Positions 19,797-27,686 of a stretch of 51,663 nucleotides of DNA are shown piece by piece. Positions within the stretch are counted from its first letter, which is position 1. The number at the start of each line of letters is the position of its first letter. The notes beneath the pieces are model-generated. The model was not told where the DNA came from and ran no database searches. It was given only the letters and a program-made list of their open reading frames with translations. This DNA comes from a virus, in the IMG/VR virus record IMGVR_UViG_3300045988_097328, one strand, 5' to 3'. The translations under genes and the position numbers were made by a program.

Positions 19797-20018
19797 ATGG
19801 CAATCAATAGTAAGGCACGGCACGACCTGACGCTGCGCGCGATTAAGCGCGAGATTTCCGCTGGACGCGATGTGGCGTTTTGGCTCGATAAGGCGTACAC
19901 GCACCTCGACAACGGGCTGCTGACGGAGGACGACATCGCGGAAATTGAGAAGCTGGCGCAGGCGTACTATGATTCGCTGGACGCGGCGGAAAATAAGGAA
20001 GACGCGGCAACAATCTAA
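19797..20018 (+). CDS. small protein between the tail fibre and lysis genes (XkdX-like position)
   Basis: 73 aa, GGGGGT RBS. Confidence 0.5.
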   Translation: MAINSKARHDLTLRAIKREISAGRDVAFWLDKAYTHLDNGLLTEDDIAEIEKLAQAYYDSLDAAENKEDAATI

Positions 20019-20073
20019 GTTGCAATTGGTAGCAAGTTAGTTGCAAGTTAGTACCAAGTTAGTACCAAGTTTG
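20019..20073 (+). repeat. five tandem 11-nt units, consensus T(A/T)(G/C)CAAGTTAG
   Basis: gttgcaattgg tagcaagttag ttgcaagttag taccaagttag taccaagtttg, running into the endolysin RBS. Confidence 0.85.
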
Positions 20074-20086
20074 AGGAGGTGTCATC

Positions 20087-20866
20087 ATGCCCAAAATCGC
20101 AGTATCCGCCATTCTGGGCGACTTCCAGCGGATGCTTTCCGAGCACTGGAAGTATACGGCTGGTGCAGCGGAGGCGGGGAACGTTGACTGCTCCGGCGCG
20201 TTTGTCTGGTCATACCGTCAGCACGGACAGAGCATCTACCACGGCAGCAACCGCATTGCGCGGACGGAAATTGTTGAGCTTGTCCCAATCTCCGCCGCAA
20301 AGCCCGGAATGGCAGTTTTTAAGTGCCGGAATCCGGGTGATTCGCGGTATGCCTTGCCGTCAGGCTACAAGCAGGGCGGCAAATACTACAACGGCGACTT
20401 GAGGGACTTTTACCACATCGGGCTGATGGGTGAGGACGGCAAGATTCTTAATGCGCAGAGCAGCGCAACGGGCTTCGTCGCTTCACCCGTCAAGTCGTGG
20501 ACGTGTGCAGGATACCTCAAGAAAGTCGATTACAAGGAGGAAAAGCAAGTGGAAGATTCTTATACCGCCGGGGTTTCCTACGTTGGGCGGGTTTATGCCA
20601 CGAGCGGCAGCACGGTCAATCTTCGCGCCGAGCCGAGCAAATCCGCAAAGGTGCTTGAAAAGGTCAAAATCGGCACTTCCGTCAACGTCATCGGGAATAG
20701 TGGCGGTTGGCTGCACATCGAGACGGAGACGAATCAGGGCTACATGATGGAGGATTTTGTCGATGTGGGTATTTCCAAAACGGAAACACCCACGGTCTCT
20801 GAGCTTGCGGAACGCATCGAAAAGCTGGAGGAACGCGTCACAGCACTGGAAGGCGGGGTAGGTTGA
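20087..20866 (+). CDS. endolysin: NlpC/P60-type cysteine peptidase with a C-terminal SH3 domain
   Basis: NVDCSGAF catalytic-Cys context, downstream His; VNLRAEPSKSAKVLEKVKIGTSVNVIGNSGGWLHIE is SH3_3-like. Confidence 0.8.
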   Translation: MPKIAVSAILGDFQRMLSEHWKYTAGAAEAGNVDCSGAFVWSYRQHGQSIYHGSNRIARTEIVELVPISAAKPGMAVFKCRNPGDSRYALPSGYKQGGKYYNGDLRDFYHIGLMGEDGKILNAQSSATGFVASPVKSWTCAGYLKKVDYKEEKQVEDSYTAGVSYVGRVYATSGSTVNLRAEPSKSAKVLEKVKIGTSVNVIGNSGGWLHIETETNQGYMMEDFVDVGISKTETPTVSELAERIEKLEERVTALEGGVG

Positions 20867-20867
20867 G

Positions 20868-21242
20868 ATGGAGAACATCACCGCCGATAAACTGATTCTG
20901 GCGCTGGGCGTGATTCTCGTTCTGCTGGGAGCATACAATACATTTTACACCGCGCGAAAAAATGTGAGGGACGAACGCAAGCGACAGGAGCAGCCAACAA
21001 ACACGCTTGCATCCAGCGTCGCTGACATCAATCGCAAGCTGGACACAGACAAGCGCCGCCTCGATGGGCACGAAGAGCGCATCGGCGGCTTACGTGACGG
21101 ACTGATGGTAACGTGCGCCGGAGTACAAGCACTTTTGGAGCATGAGTTACACAACGGCAACGCCGACGAAATGACGGCGGCAAGCAGGGGAATTGATAAT
21201 TGGTTGAGGGACAATGCCATAAAGGGAGGAAATGCAAAATGA
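20868..21242 (+). CDS. membrane-anchored coiled-coil protein of the lysis cassette (holin accessory, BhlA-like?)
   Basis: 124 aa, N-terminal TM segment LILALGVILVLLGAY. Confidence 0.45.
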   Translation: MENITADKLILALGVILVLLGAYNTFYTARKNVRDERKRQEQPTNTLASSVADINRKLDTDKRRLDGHEERIGGLRDGLMVTCAGVQALLEHELHNGNADEMTAASRGIDNWLRDNAIKGGNAK

Positions 21243-21460
21243 GTGAGAATTTGAAGCGCAAACTGACAAGCCGCAAGTTCTGGGCGGCAGTTGTATCCTT
21301 TGTAACCATGCTGATTATGGCGTTCGGCGTGGCGGATGAAACCGCAACACAGGTCGGCAGCATCATCATGGCGGGTGCTACGGTCATCGCCTACATCATC
21401 GGCGAGGGAATGACGGACGCGGCGGCAGTCGCGGAGGGCAAGGATAAACCGAAGGAGTAA
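21239..21460 (+). CDS. holin
   Basis: GGAGGA RBS, ATG 21239 (ATGA overlap); 73 aa with SRKFWAAVVSFVTMLIMAF and a second TM, charged C-terminus. Confidence 0.7.
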   Translation: MSENLKRKLTSRKFWAAVVSFVTMLIMAFGVADETATQVGSIIMAGATVIAYIIGEGMTDAAAVAEGKDKPKE

Positions 21461-21463
21461 CGC

Positions 21464-21715
21464 ATGAGCCGCGAAGTCGTATGGACAAAAGCGGTTGTAG
21501 ATGCTTTTGTGGATGAAGCCTGTTTGTCCGAGGAAGAAGAACTGATTATCAGGTCGAGGGCGAAGGGCTGGACACGCACAAAGCAATCAATGCAGTACAA
21601 TATGAGCATTCGCAAGATTGACTATATTATACATACGCTGAAAAACAAGTACGACGAAGCGCAGAAATACTCCGAGATTTTACCCAAGCGGAATACAAAG
21701 AAAGCCGGGACGTAA
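21464..21715 (+). CDS. small HTH protein (sigma region-4/LuxR-like)
   Basis: 83 aa; LSEEEELIIRSRAKGWTRTKQSMQYNMSIRKIDYIIHTL. Confidence 0.45.
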   Translation: MSREVVWTKAVVDAFVDEACLSEEEELIIRSRAKGWTRTKQSMQYNMSIRKIDYIIHTLKNKYDEAQKYSEILPKRNTKKAGT

Positions 21716-21731
21716 TGTCCCGGTCTTTTTT
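21704..21731 (+). terminator. rho-independent terminator ending the late operon
   Basis: GCCGGGAC-gtaat-GTCCCGGT followed by CTTTTTTG. Confidence 0.85.
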
Positions 21732-21751
21732 GTGTTCTATTCGATTTTGTA

Positions 21752-21780
21752 TTGACAAAACAGGTTGACGATGGTATAAT
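21752..21780 (+). promoter_or_regulatory. perfect sigma-70 promoter TTGACA-N17-TATAAT
   Basis: TTGACA 21752-21757, TATAAT 21775-21780; palindrome CAATCGttCGATTG at the predicted start site. Confidence 0.75.
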
Positions 21781-21786
21781 ACAATC

Positions 21787-21885
21787 GTTCGATTGCAAAT
21801 GCGGTCGTGGATTAAAAAGCTAAGATGAGCATTTCTGTGCTCAACGGGGGAAGGCATCGGCAGTAGTCGATGCCTTTTTCTTTTT
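21787..21885 (+). ncRNA. candidate small RNA of about 100 nt (promoter-to-terminator unit with no ORF)
   Basis: between the promoter at 21752 and terminator GGCATCG-gcagtagt-CGATGCC plus TTTTTCTTTTT (21853-21885); antisense to the 3' end of the minus gene 21841-22197. Confidence 0.5.
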
Positions 21886-22197
21886 CCGGCATTTCTGGAT
21901 TCGTTTAGCGTTTTCGCTGTACGGGGCAAGGCAATATCCGCCTTTTGTATATGGAAGATGGGAAAGGATGGTATCCGGCGTTACACCAAATTTCCGCGCT
22001 GCATCTTCAAGGCTGTCCCCTGCGGCAATGGCGGCAGCTATGGCGGCATCGTAATCGCTCAAAATGCCGTTGTCGATGAGGATGCGCCGCACACGGTATT
22101 CGGACAAGCCCAATTCGCGGGCAACCTGCTTTCTGGAATGCGTCTGGTTGTACAAGCCGATGACGCAAGCAATGTCTTTCTGAGTAAGTGGCTGCAA
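21841..22197 (-). CDS. DNA-binding protein with two HTH-like segments
   Basis: 118 aa; SRKQVARELGLSEYRVRRIL and LEDAARKFGVTPDTILSHL. Confidence 0.55.
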   Translation of the reverse strand: MQPLTQKDIACVIGLYNQTHSRKQVARELGLSEYRVRRILIDNGILSDYDAAIAAAIAAGDSLEDAARKFGVTPDTILSHLPYTKGGYCLAPYSENAKRIQKCRKKKKASTTADAFPR

Positions 22198-22212
22198 ATT
22201 GATTTTTCTCCT

Positions 22213-22644
22213 TTACGCAAGAAATATTTTCTCGTTTGTCCTTTTTTCTTCGGCTTCAAGGTCGATTGGACAGACTTTCTGCAAAGTTCCACCGGGAGAC
22301 AGACGAAGACCATCGAAGCGGATGCGCCCGGAGAACAGCCCTGCGACCGTCTCCTTTTGCGCTTCTGTCGCCGTGTAGGTTTCCGGCGTTTCCGCCGTGT
22401 GCAAATAGTTGTTTGCGTAGCCGCTCCAATTCCACGAGCGGAACACAATTTCGCCGGATTTGCAAATAGCAATTTCGAGCGTCAGCGGAATGCCCGCCGT
22501 CTCCCACGGTGCAATCCTACAAATAAGAGAATCGGGCGGGTCGTCGTCCCTTTGGCGGTCAAGGTCGATAACATACTCGTCGCCGGGGAAATAATAATCC
22601 TTGTCAACCAGATAGGTTTTGTCTTTCTTGATGCTAATTTTCAT
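22213..22644 (-). CDS. hypothetical protein (143 aa)
   Basis: AAAGGAG 7 nt before ATG 22644 (internal to track ORF 22213-22758). Confidence 0.55.
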   Translation of the reverse strand: MKISIKKDKTYLVDKDYYFPGDEYVIDLDRQRDDDPPDSLICRIAPWETAGIPLTLEIAICKSGEIVFRSWNWSGYANNYLHTAETPETYTATEAQKETVAGLFSGRIRFDGLRLSPGGTLQKVCPIDLEAEEKRTNEKIFLA

Positions 22645-22806
22645 TTTTTTGCTCCTTTTGCTCATTTGATTGTTTCGATGCTTTCCATTCGTCCATATAG
22701 CGAGCATAATTCTATCTTGTTCTCGGTTGCAACACACTGCGTAATACCGGTTTTTCACCTTTCCTGCCGGGGTTATACCGCCCCGCCCGGTATCGTCTCG
22801 TTGCCG

Positions 22807-23088
22807 TTAGTCGCCGATGATGGTCAGCATCCGCGTGTGGTGACTGCCGTTTGCAACCCAGCGCAAAGCTGGCTTGTCGTTGACGGAGGTCAGCACCTCA
22901 GACAGCAGATAATCTTGACCATCAAGGTTGAGGATGGGTTCGTCCACGACGTTTGCACCGGAAACGTTAGGGATGATGACACGGACGGTATCGCAGATGT
23001 TGGTAGCTTGGGCGAGGGTGTAGACGGTTTGCTTTTCGTGGGCAAGCAGCCCGTAGTTTGCGTAGATGGTCATCTCAACATTCTTCAT
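22807..23088 (-). CDS. hypothetical protein (93 aa), first gene of cassette A
   Basis: start fixed by the conserved leader ...GAAAGAGGTAAGAATT-ATG. Confidence 0.6.
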   Translation of the reverse strand: MKNVEMTIYANYGLLAHEKQTVYTLAQATNICDTVRVIIPNVSGANVVDEPILNLDGQDYLLSEVLTSVNDKPALRWVANGSHHTRMLTIIGD

Positions 23089-23174
23089 AATTCTTACCTC
23101 TTTCTGTCGGGTGCTTTTATTTTGTACCGCCCCTTGACATAATTTATTATAGCACAAGTTGCACAACTTGTCAA
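23089..23174 (-). promoter_or_regulatory. promoter-leader cassette A: TTGACA-N17-TATAAT with spacer palindrome and conserved 5' leader
   Basis: -35 at 23169-23174, -10 at 23146-23151 (minus strand); ACAAGTTG-CA-CAACTTGT at 23154-23171; leader GTCAAGGGGCGGTACAAAATAAAAGCACCCGACAGAAAGAGGTAA. Confidence 0.8.
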
Positions 23175-23181
23175 CACTTTT

Positions 23182-23355
23182 TCAAGATTTTTCGCAAGTT
23201 TTTTGCGTTCTTTCCGAAAGCCACTGCGATAGGGCAAGGCGGACAACCGCCGAATCACTTAGCCCAATTCGCTGCCCAATCGCCTTAATTTGCTCATTCT
23301 GCTCGTGCGTCACAATGACGTTCTTAACAATCCGATTTCCATCTTTTTTTAACAT
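23182..23355 (-). CDS. ribbon-helix-helix (CopG/Arc-like) DNA-binding protein, last gene of cassette B operon
   Basis: 57 aa from ATG 23355 (GGAGG 6 nt upstream); VIVTHEQNEQIKAIGQRIGLSDSAVVRLAL. Confidence 0.6.
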   Translation of the reverse strand: MLKKDGNRIVKNVIVTHEQNEQIKAIGQRIGLSDSAVVRLALSQWLSERTQKTCEKS

Positions 23356-23368
23356 TTTCATCCTCCTA

Positions 23369-23449
23369 TCAGTTAAGCAGATTATCAATTGCCATTGCGC
23401 GCGCTACGATTGGCGCAATGTCAACGCTGACGCGCCCTGCGTTCTTCAT
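23369..23449 (-). CDS. micro-ORF (26 aa) with a strong RBS
   Basis: AAAGGAG 7 nt before ATG 23449; MKNAGRVSVDIAPIVARAMAIDNLLN; stop 23369-23371. Confidence 0.3.
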   Translation of the reverse strand: MKNAGRVSVDIAPIVARAMAIDNLLN

Positions 23450-23481
23450 TGTGCTGCTCCTTTCATCGCCTAAAATGATTT

Positions 23482-23532
23482 CGCCGCGTTGCGGCGGCGG
23501 ATTTTTGTGCGGTCCGCCGCCGCAACGCGGCG
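23482..23532 (-). terminator. 20-bp perfect hairpin immediately after the stop of gene 23535-24173
   Basis: CGCCGCGTTGCGGCGGCGGA / TCCGCCGCCGCAACGCGGCG with an 11-nt loop; only a moderate U tract on the minus strand. Confidence 0.5.
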
Positions 23533-23534
23533 GG

Positions 23535-24173
23535 TCAGGCTTCCTTGCGCTGGTAGAGCTTAAAACTACGTCCCCGCGCCTTGATTTCGTAGCATTCCAG
23601 CTCCGTCGCTGGAATCAGGGACGAAAGCGTAACCTTATTCAGGCGGCTGACGCTTTGAACCTCATCAAGGCGGCACGTTTTCATGCGCGGCTGGTTGCGC
23701 AGCCAGCGAATGACGCCAACTTTTGCGCACGCGGGAAGTTCACGGCGGCGACTGACCTGCCGCATCTGCTGCCGCTTTTGCCGCTTCTCTTGTGCAGCCT
23801 TTGCCGTCGCTTCGTCGCCGAACACCCGTGCCCCGTACAGGGAATGCTTGTCAACAGGATAGAAGCAGGTTTCCTTGATGGTTTCAAATGTGCAGTTGTT
23901 GATGATTTCGCGCTCCACGGAGTCTTTTGCGCGCGGGAGTGAGCGCTGACCTACGCTCAGAACATAGAACTCATAGCGCTCACGTTTCGTGGTGTAAATC
24001 CGCACGCGCAAAAGGTCATTTTCTTTGCGCAAATCAACGCAGGCAATTTCTCCGGAGTATTGCCTGCCGCAGAGGTCGCTCCGGCTTCCAGTGTTGATTT
24101 GGTAGCCATGCGAAAGGAACTCCGCGACCGTCTCCGTAAAGGCGCGGTCGATGTCCTGCTGCTTGTAAATCAT
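23535..24173 (-). CDS. hypothetical protein (212 aa)
   Basis: GGAGG 6 nt before ATG 24173 (internal to track ORF 23535-24311). Confidence 0.6.
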   Translation of the reverse strand: MIYKQQDIDRAFTETVAEFLSHGYQINTGSRSDLCGRQYSGEIACVDLRKENDLLRVRIYTTKRERYEFYVLSVGQRSLPRAKDSVEREIINNCTFETIKETCFYPVDKHSLYGARVFGDEATAKAAQEKRQKRQQMRQVSRRRELPACAKVGVIRWLRNQPRMKTCRLDEVQSVSRLNKVTLSSLIPATELECYEIKARGRSFKLYQRKEA

Positions 24174-24235
24174 ATAATCCTCCATTCTGCCGGGCGTGCC
24201 CGGACTTGATTTACAAACCATGCGCCGAACTTGTC

Positions 24236-24712
24236 TTAGCGGGCTGTAAGCGTATCGATGATGTCCCTCGCCTCGGTGGCGGTTGAGACGACATAGGCAG
24301 CATATAGCCACTTATACGGAAACTTGTCAAGGTTTTGGCGAATAAATTCCGCTATGGTCACACCTGCTTTTTCCGCCGCCGCCGCAATCGCGGCTTGCTT
24401 GTCGGGGTCGTCGCGGGTAGCGATAGCATCCGCGACTGTCTTTTCGTGCTGCGCAACAAATTTCGCACGCAGGTCTGTTGCGTATTCGACTTGTTTTTCG
24501 CTCACGCCGTGAATGGTCGGAAGGCTTAATGCCGCCGCCGCTTCGCGCTGCTGCTTGCGCTGCTGCTTGCGGTAGCAGTCGGCGCAAAGAAGGGGATGAG
24601 CTTCCGCCCATTCCTTTTTGCTGTCCGCGTCCCGGCGATTGAAGCCGTCAATGCGGCGTTCAACGGTAGCGCCGCAATCAGGGCATTTGTAGGTGGCAAT
24701 TGCTTTTGCCAT
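24236..24712 (-). CDS. zinc-ribbon protein (158 aa), first gene of cassette B
   Basis: start set by the conserved leader; CPDCG...CADC. Confidence 0.6.
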   Translation of the reverse strand: MAKAIATYKCPDCGATVERRIDGFNRRDADSKKEWAEAHPLLCADCYRKQQRKQQREAAAALSLPTIHGVSEKQVEYATDLRAKFVAQHEKTVADAIATRDDPDKQAAIAAAAEKAGVTIAEFIRQNLDKFPYKWLYAAYVVSTATEARDIIDTLTAR

Positions 24713-24797
24713 GGTCATTACCTCTTTCCGTCCGGGGCTCTGTTTTGTACCGCCCCTTGACACTATGTATTATATCACAGGTTGCACAACTTGTCAA
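24713..24797 (-). promoter_or_regulatory. promoter-leader cassette B: TTGACA-N17-TATAAT with spacer palindrome and conserved leader
   Basis: -35 at 24792-24797, -10 at 24769-24774 (minus strand); ACAGGTTG-CA-CAACTTGT at 24777-24794. Confidence 0.8.
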
Positions 24798-24903
24798 CAC
24801 TTTTCCAGGATTTTTCGCAAGTTTTTTTGCAACTTTCTCGCGTTTTGTTTGCACTCCACAACCGTCCGAATCGCCTATACTATAATCAGTAGGAGGTGGT
24901 GCG

Positions 24904-25281
24904 GTGTATATCCACTACAACCCTAATCCGCGCGGCTTGCGCGTCGGAGATTGCGCTGTCCGCGCAGCATCCAAGGCAGCAGGAGAGACGTGGGGAAGCA
25001 CCTATGCAGCGCTCTGTGCGCTGGGCTATGACTGCGGAGATATGCCAAACGCCAACCACGTTTGGGGACGGTACTTGCATGAGCGCGGATTCTCGCGCCA
25101 CGCCCTGCCGGATACTTGTCCAATCTGCTATACTGTCGCGGATTTCTGCCGTGACCATCCGCGCGGTGTCTACGTCCTCGGTATCGGCGACCACGTTGTG
25201 TGCTCCATTGATGGCGATTGGTACGACGCATGGGACAGCGGCGCGGAAATACCAGCGTACTATTGGGAGAGGGAGGATTGA
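24904..25281 (+). CDS. hypothetical protein with a possible Cys/His (papain-like?) motif pair
   Basis: AGGAGGTGG then GTG 24904; YNPNPRGLRVGDCAVRA...GDHVVCSIDGDWYDAWD. Confidence 0.55.
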   Translation: MYIHYNPNPRGLRVGDCAVRAASKAAGETWGSTYAALCALGYDCGDMPNANHVWGRYLHERGFSRHALPDTCPICYTVADFCRDHPRGVYVLGIGDHVVCSIDGDWYDAWDSGAEIPAYYWERED

Positions 25282-25284
25282 TGT

Positions 25285-25725
25285 ATGGCGTATGGTTATC
25301 CACAATATTATCCACAGATTCCGTACTATAACGCGCAGCAGACGGCAATGCCAGACCAACTTGCGCAACTTCGAGCCGCACAGCAGCCGATGATGCAGCA
25401 GCCAGCGCAGCCATCAAGCAACGGACTGATTTGGGTGCAGGGTGAAGCCGGGGCGAAGAGCTACCTTGTCGCCAACGGTTCGAGCGTGCTGCTGATGGAC
25501 AGCGAGAAACAGACGTTTTACATCAAGTCAGCGGACGCGGCAGGAATGCCGTCTATGCGCACGTTTGACTACACGGAGCGAAACGCATCCGTAAAGCCAT
25601 CCAGCAGCGCGCAGGACGCGCCGGAGTATGTAACGCGGGAAGAACTTAACACACTGACGAAACGCCTTGAAGCGCTGGAAGGGCGCAAGAAGAAGGGGGT
25701 AACGCAGGATGAACCCACTGTTTAA
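25285..25725 (+). CDS. hypothetical protein with a Q/P/Y-rich N-terminus
   Basis: 146 aa; MAYGYPQYYPQIPYYNAQQ... Confidence 0.55.
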   Translation: MAYGYPQYYPQIPYYNAQQTAMPDQLAQLRAAQQPMMQQPAQPSSNGLIWVQGEAGAKSYLVANGSSVLLMDSEKQTFYIKSADAAGMPSMRTFDYTERNASVKPSSSAQDAPEYVTREELNTLTKRLEALEGRKKKGVTQDEPTV

Positions 25726-25927
25726 TGCACTTGGCGGCGGGCAGATGCCCGGAGCGCTGGGAAATTTTCAGCAGATGATGCAGCAGTTTCAGCAGTTCCG
25801 CGCGACGTTTCAAGGCGACCCGGAGCAGGAGGTGCGCAAGCTGATTGCATCCGGCAAAATCTCGCAAAGCCAGCTTAACCAGCTGCAACAGGCGGCGCAA
25901 ATGTTTCAATCGTTCCTCGGTTCTTAA
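25709..25927 (+). CDS. hypothetical Q-rich small protein
   Basis: 72 aa; NFQQMMQQFQQFRATFQGDPEQEV. Confidence 0.5.
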   Translation: MNPLFNALGGGQMPGALGNFQQMMQQFQQFRATFQGDPEQEVRKLIASGKISQSQLNQLQQAAQMFQSFLGS

Positions 25928-25991
25928 CTTTGGCTATATTTGTTGCGCAACAATTTAGCATATACTTCAAAATTCCGAAAGGAGAAAAAAA

Positions 25992-26744
25992 ATGAGCATG
26001 ACTTCGGAACTCTCCGCGTCTGACGTGGCTCTGCTTTCCGGGCGGAACAGCAACCAGAACGGCGACGGCTTCTTCGGTGGCAATGGCGCATACTGGATTA
26101 TCATCCTTTTCCTCTTCGTCTTCTGCGGGTGGGGCAATAATGGATGGGGTGGCTTTGGCAATCGCAACGGTGGACAGGGTTCTGTCATGGACGGTTACGT
26201 CCTCACCTCCGACTTCGCCAATATCGAGCGAAAAATCGACAACGTGAACAGCGGCTTGTGTGATGGATTCTACGCACAGGCACAGCTCACAAACGGCGTA
26301 CAGATGCAGATGGCTAACGGCTTCGCTCAGGCAGAACTCTCTCGCGCCAATCAGCAGACCGCGCTGATGCAGCAGCTTAACGCGATGCAGGCACAGGCGG
26401 CGGATTGCTGCTGCAAAACGCAGACGGCGATTCAGGGCGTGAACTACAACCTTGCCACTCAGGCTTGCGACACTCGCAACACCATTCAGAGCGGCGTTCG
26501 CGACATTTTGGACAACGCCAACGCTAACGCCCGAGCGGTGATTGACGCACTGACGGCACAGCGCATCGAGGCGAAGGACGAGAAGATTGCGGCGCAGAAT
26601 CAGCAGATTTTCGGCTTGCAGCTCGCCGCGTCTCAGGCAGCACAGAACCAGTATCTTGTGAATACGATTCGTCCTTGCCCTGTTCCGGCGTACACGGTAG
26701 CCAATCCGTTCTGCTGCAATCAGGCGCAGTATTGCGCTGGTTAA
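25992..26744 (+). CDS. membrane-anchored Gly-rich / coiled-coil / Cys-cluster protein
   Basis: 250 aa; TM segment AYWIIILFLFVFCGWG, GWGGFGNRNGG, DCCCKTQ, C-terminal PCPVPAY...PFCCNQAQYCAG. Confidence 0.6.
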   Translation: MSMTSELSASDVALLSGRNSNQNGDGFFGGNGAYWIIILFLFVFCGWGNNGWGGFGNRNGGQGSVMDGYVLTSDFANIERKIDNVNSGLCDGFYAQAQLTNGVQMQMANGFAQAELSRANQQTALMQQLNAMQAQAADCCCKTQTAIQGVNYNLATQACDTRNTIQSGVRDILDNANANARAVIDALTAQRIEAKDEKIAAQNQQIFGLQLAASQAAQNQYLVNTIRPCPVPAYTVANPFCCNQAQYCAG

Positions 26745-26848
26745 GCTCCAAACAGCTTCCTGCCTGTGCAGGATGAGCCGATAACGGCAACTGAAAAAGC
26801 GGCGGGGCGTTGATTGATTCGCGCCCTGCCGCTGAAAGGAGAAAAATC

Positions 26849-27274
26849 ATGGCTGAATATACTGCGGCGGCGGCGCAAACCGTCGCCAATGGCAACAACG
26901 TCCTTTTTACTGCAACGCCCGTCTGCGCCACGCGGTGCATCGTCCATCGTGAGGGGTCTGGAATCGTAACGCTGCGGGGCATCACCAACGGACAGTGCCG
27001 CGCGCGTTTTCGCGTAAACTTTGGCGGCAATATCGCCATTCCGACGGGCGGCACTGCTGGTGCTATCTCTGTTGCGCTTGCAATCGCAGGGGAGGCGCTT
27101 CCGGCTTCTACCGCCATCGTCACCCCTGCTGCGGCGGCGCAGTACCAGAACGTCAGCATTGATACCTTTGTTGATGTTCCGGCGGGGTGCTGCACGACCA
27201 TCAGCGTCAAAAATACCGCTGGCGTGGATATTGACGTGCAGAACGCCAACCTGATTGTCACGCGGGTTGCGTGA
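26849..27274 (+). CDS. TNF/C1q-like (BclA C-terminal-domain-like) beta-jelly-roll protein candidate
   Basis: GAAAGGAG RBS, ATG 26849; 141 aa, Ala/Gly/Thr-rich beta pattern; family assignment from memory only. Confidence 0.4.
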   Translation: MAEYTAAAAQTVANGNNVLFTATPVCATRCIVHREGSGIVTLRGITNGQCRARFRVNFGGNIAIPTGGTAGAISVALAIAGEALPASTAIVTPAAAAQYQNVSIDTFVDVPAGCCTTISVKNTAGVDIDVQNANLIVTRVA

Positions 27275-27290
27275 GGAAAGGAGAAACGCA

Positions 27291-27668
27291 ATGAAATATC
27301 TTCACGAACTTAAAGAAAAACTCTGCGAAGAGCTGCAAGAGATTGCGGAAAAGCAGGATATGTCGGCGGGCGACCTCGAAGCCGTTCACAAGCTGACAGA
27401 CACCATCAAAAATATCGACAAGATTGAGATGCTGGAAGCGGACGGGTATAGCAATAACGGCGGCGACTGGGAAGCGCGCGGAAGCTATGACGGTATGTAT
27501 CGCGATGACCGATACAGCCGCCGTGGGCGCGATATGCGCGGACGGTACAGCCGCCACGACGGCACGGACAAGCGCCTGATGGACGAGTTGGAAGAGCTGA
27601 TGCGCACCATCGAGCCGGGGAAGCGTGACGTGATTCGGCGGGCGCTTGAAGAACTAAAAGAAGCATAA
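27291..27668 (+). CDS. hypothetical helical protein with an R/D/Y-rich centre
   Basis: GAAAGGAG RBS, ATG 27291; 125 aa. Confidence 0.55.
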   Translation: MKYLHELKEKLCEELQEIAEKQDMSAGDLEAVHKLTDTIKNIDKIEMLEADGYSNNGGDWEARGSYDGMYRDDRYSRRGRDMRGRYSRHDGTDKRLMDELEELMRTIEPGKRDVIRRALEELKEA

Positions 27669-27686
27669 CGGAAAGGGGCTGGCTGC

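Noticed and set aside
21958-23142. 394-aa + strand ORF, the longest ORF in the 22-23 kb interval
   Set aside because: It runs antisense across three minus-strand genes that have RBSs, a conserved leader and sensible protein sequence. It has no RBS and starts inside another gene. Its translation is compositionally odd (runs of R/V/G/F), so it looks like a shadow ORF.
24881-24886. Possible + strand promoter for the 24904 island (TATAAT at 24881-24886)
   Set aside because: No acceptable -35 lies at 16-18 nt (ACAACC), so I cannot support a promoter call from sequence alone. Some promoter must exist in 24798-24890.
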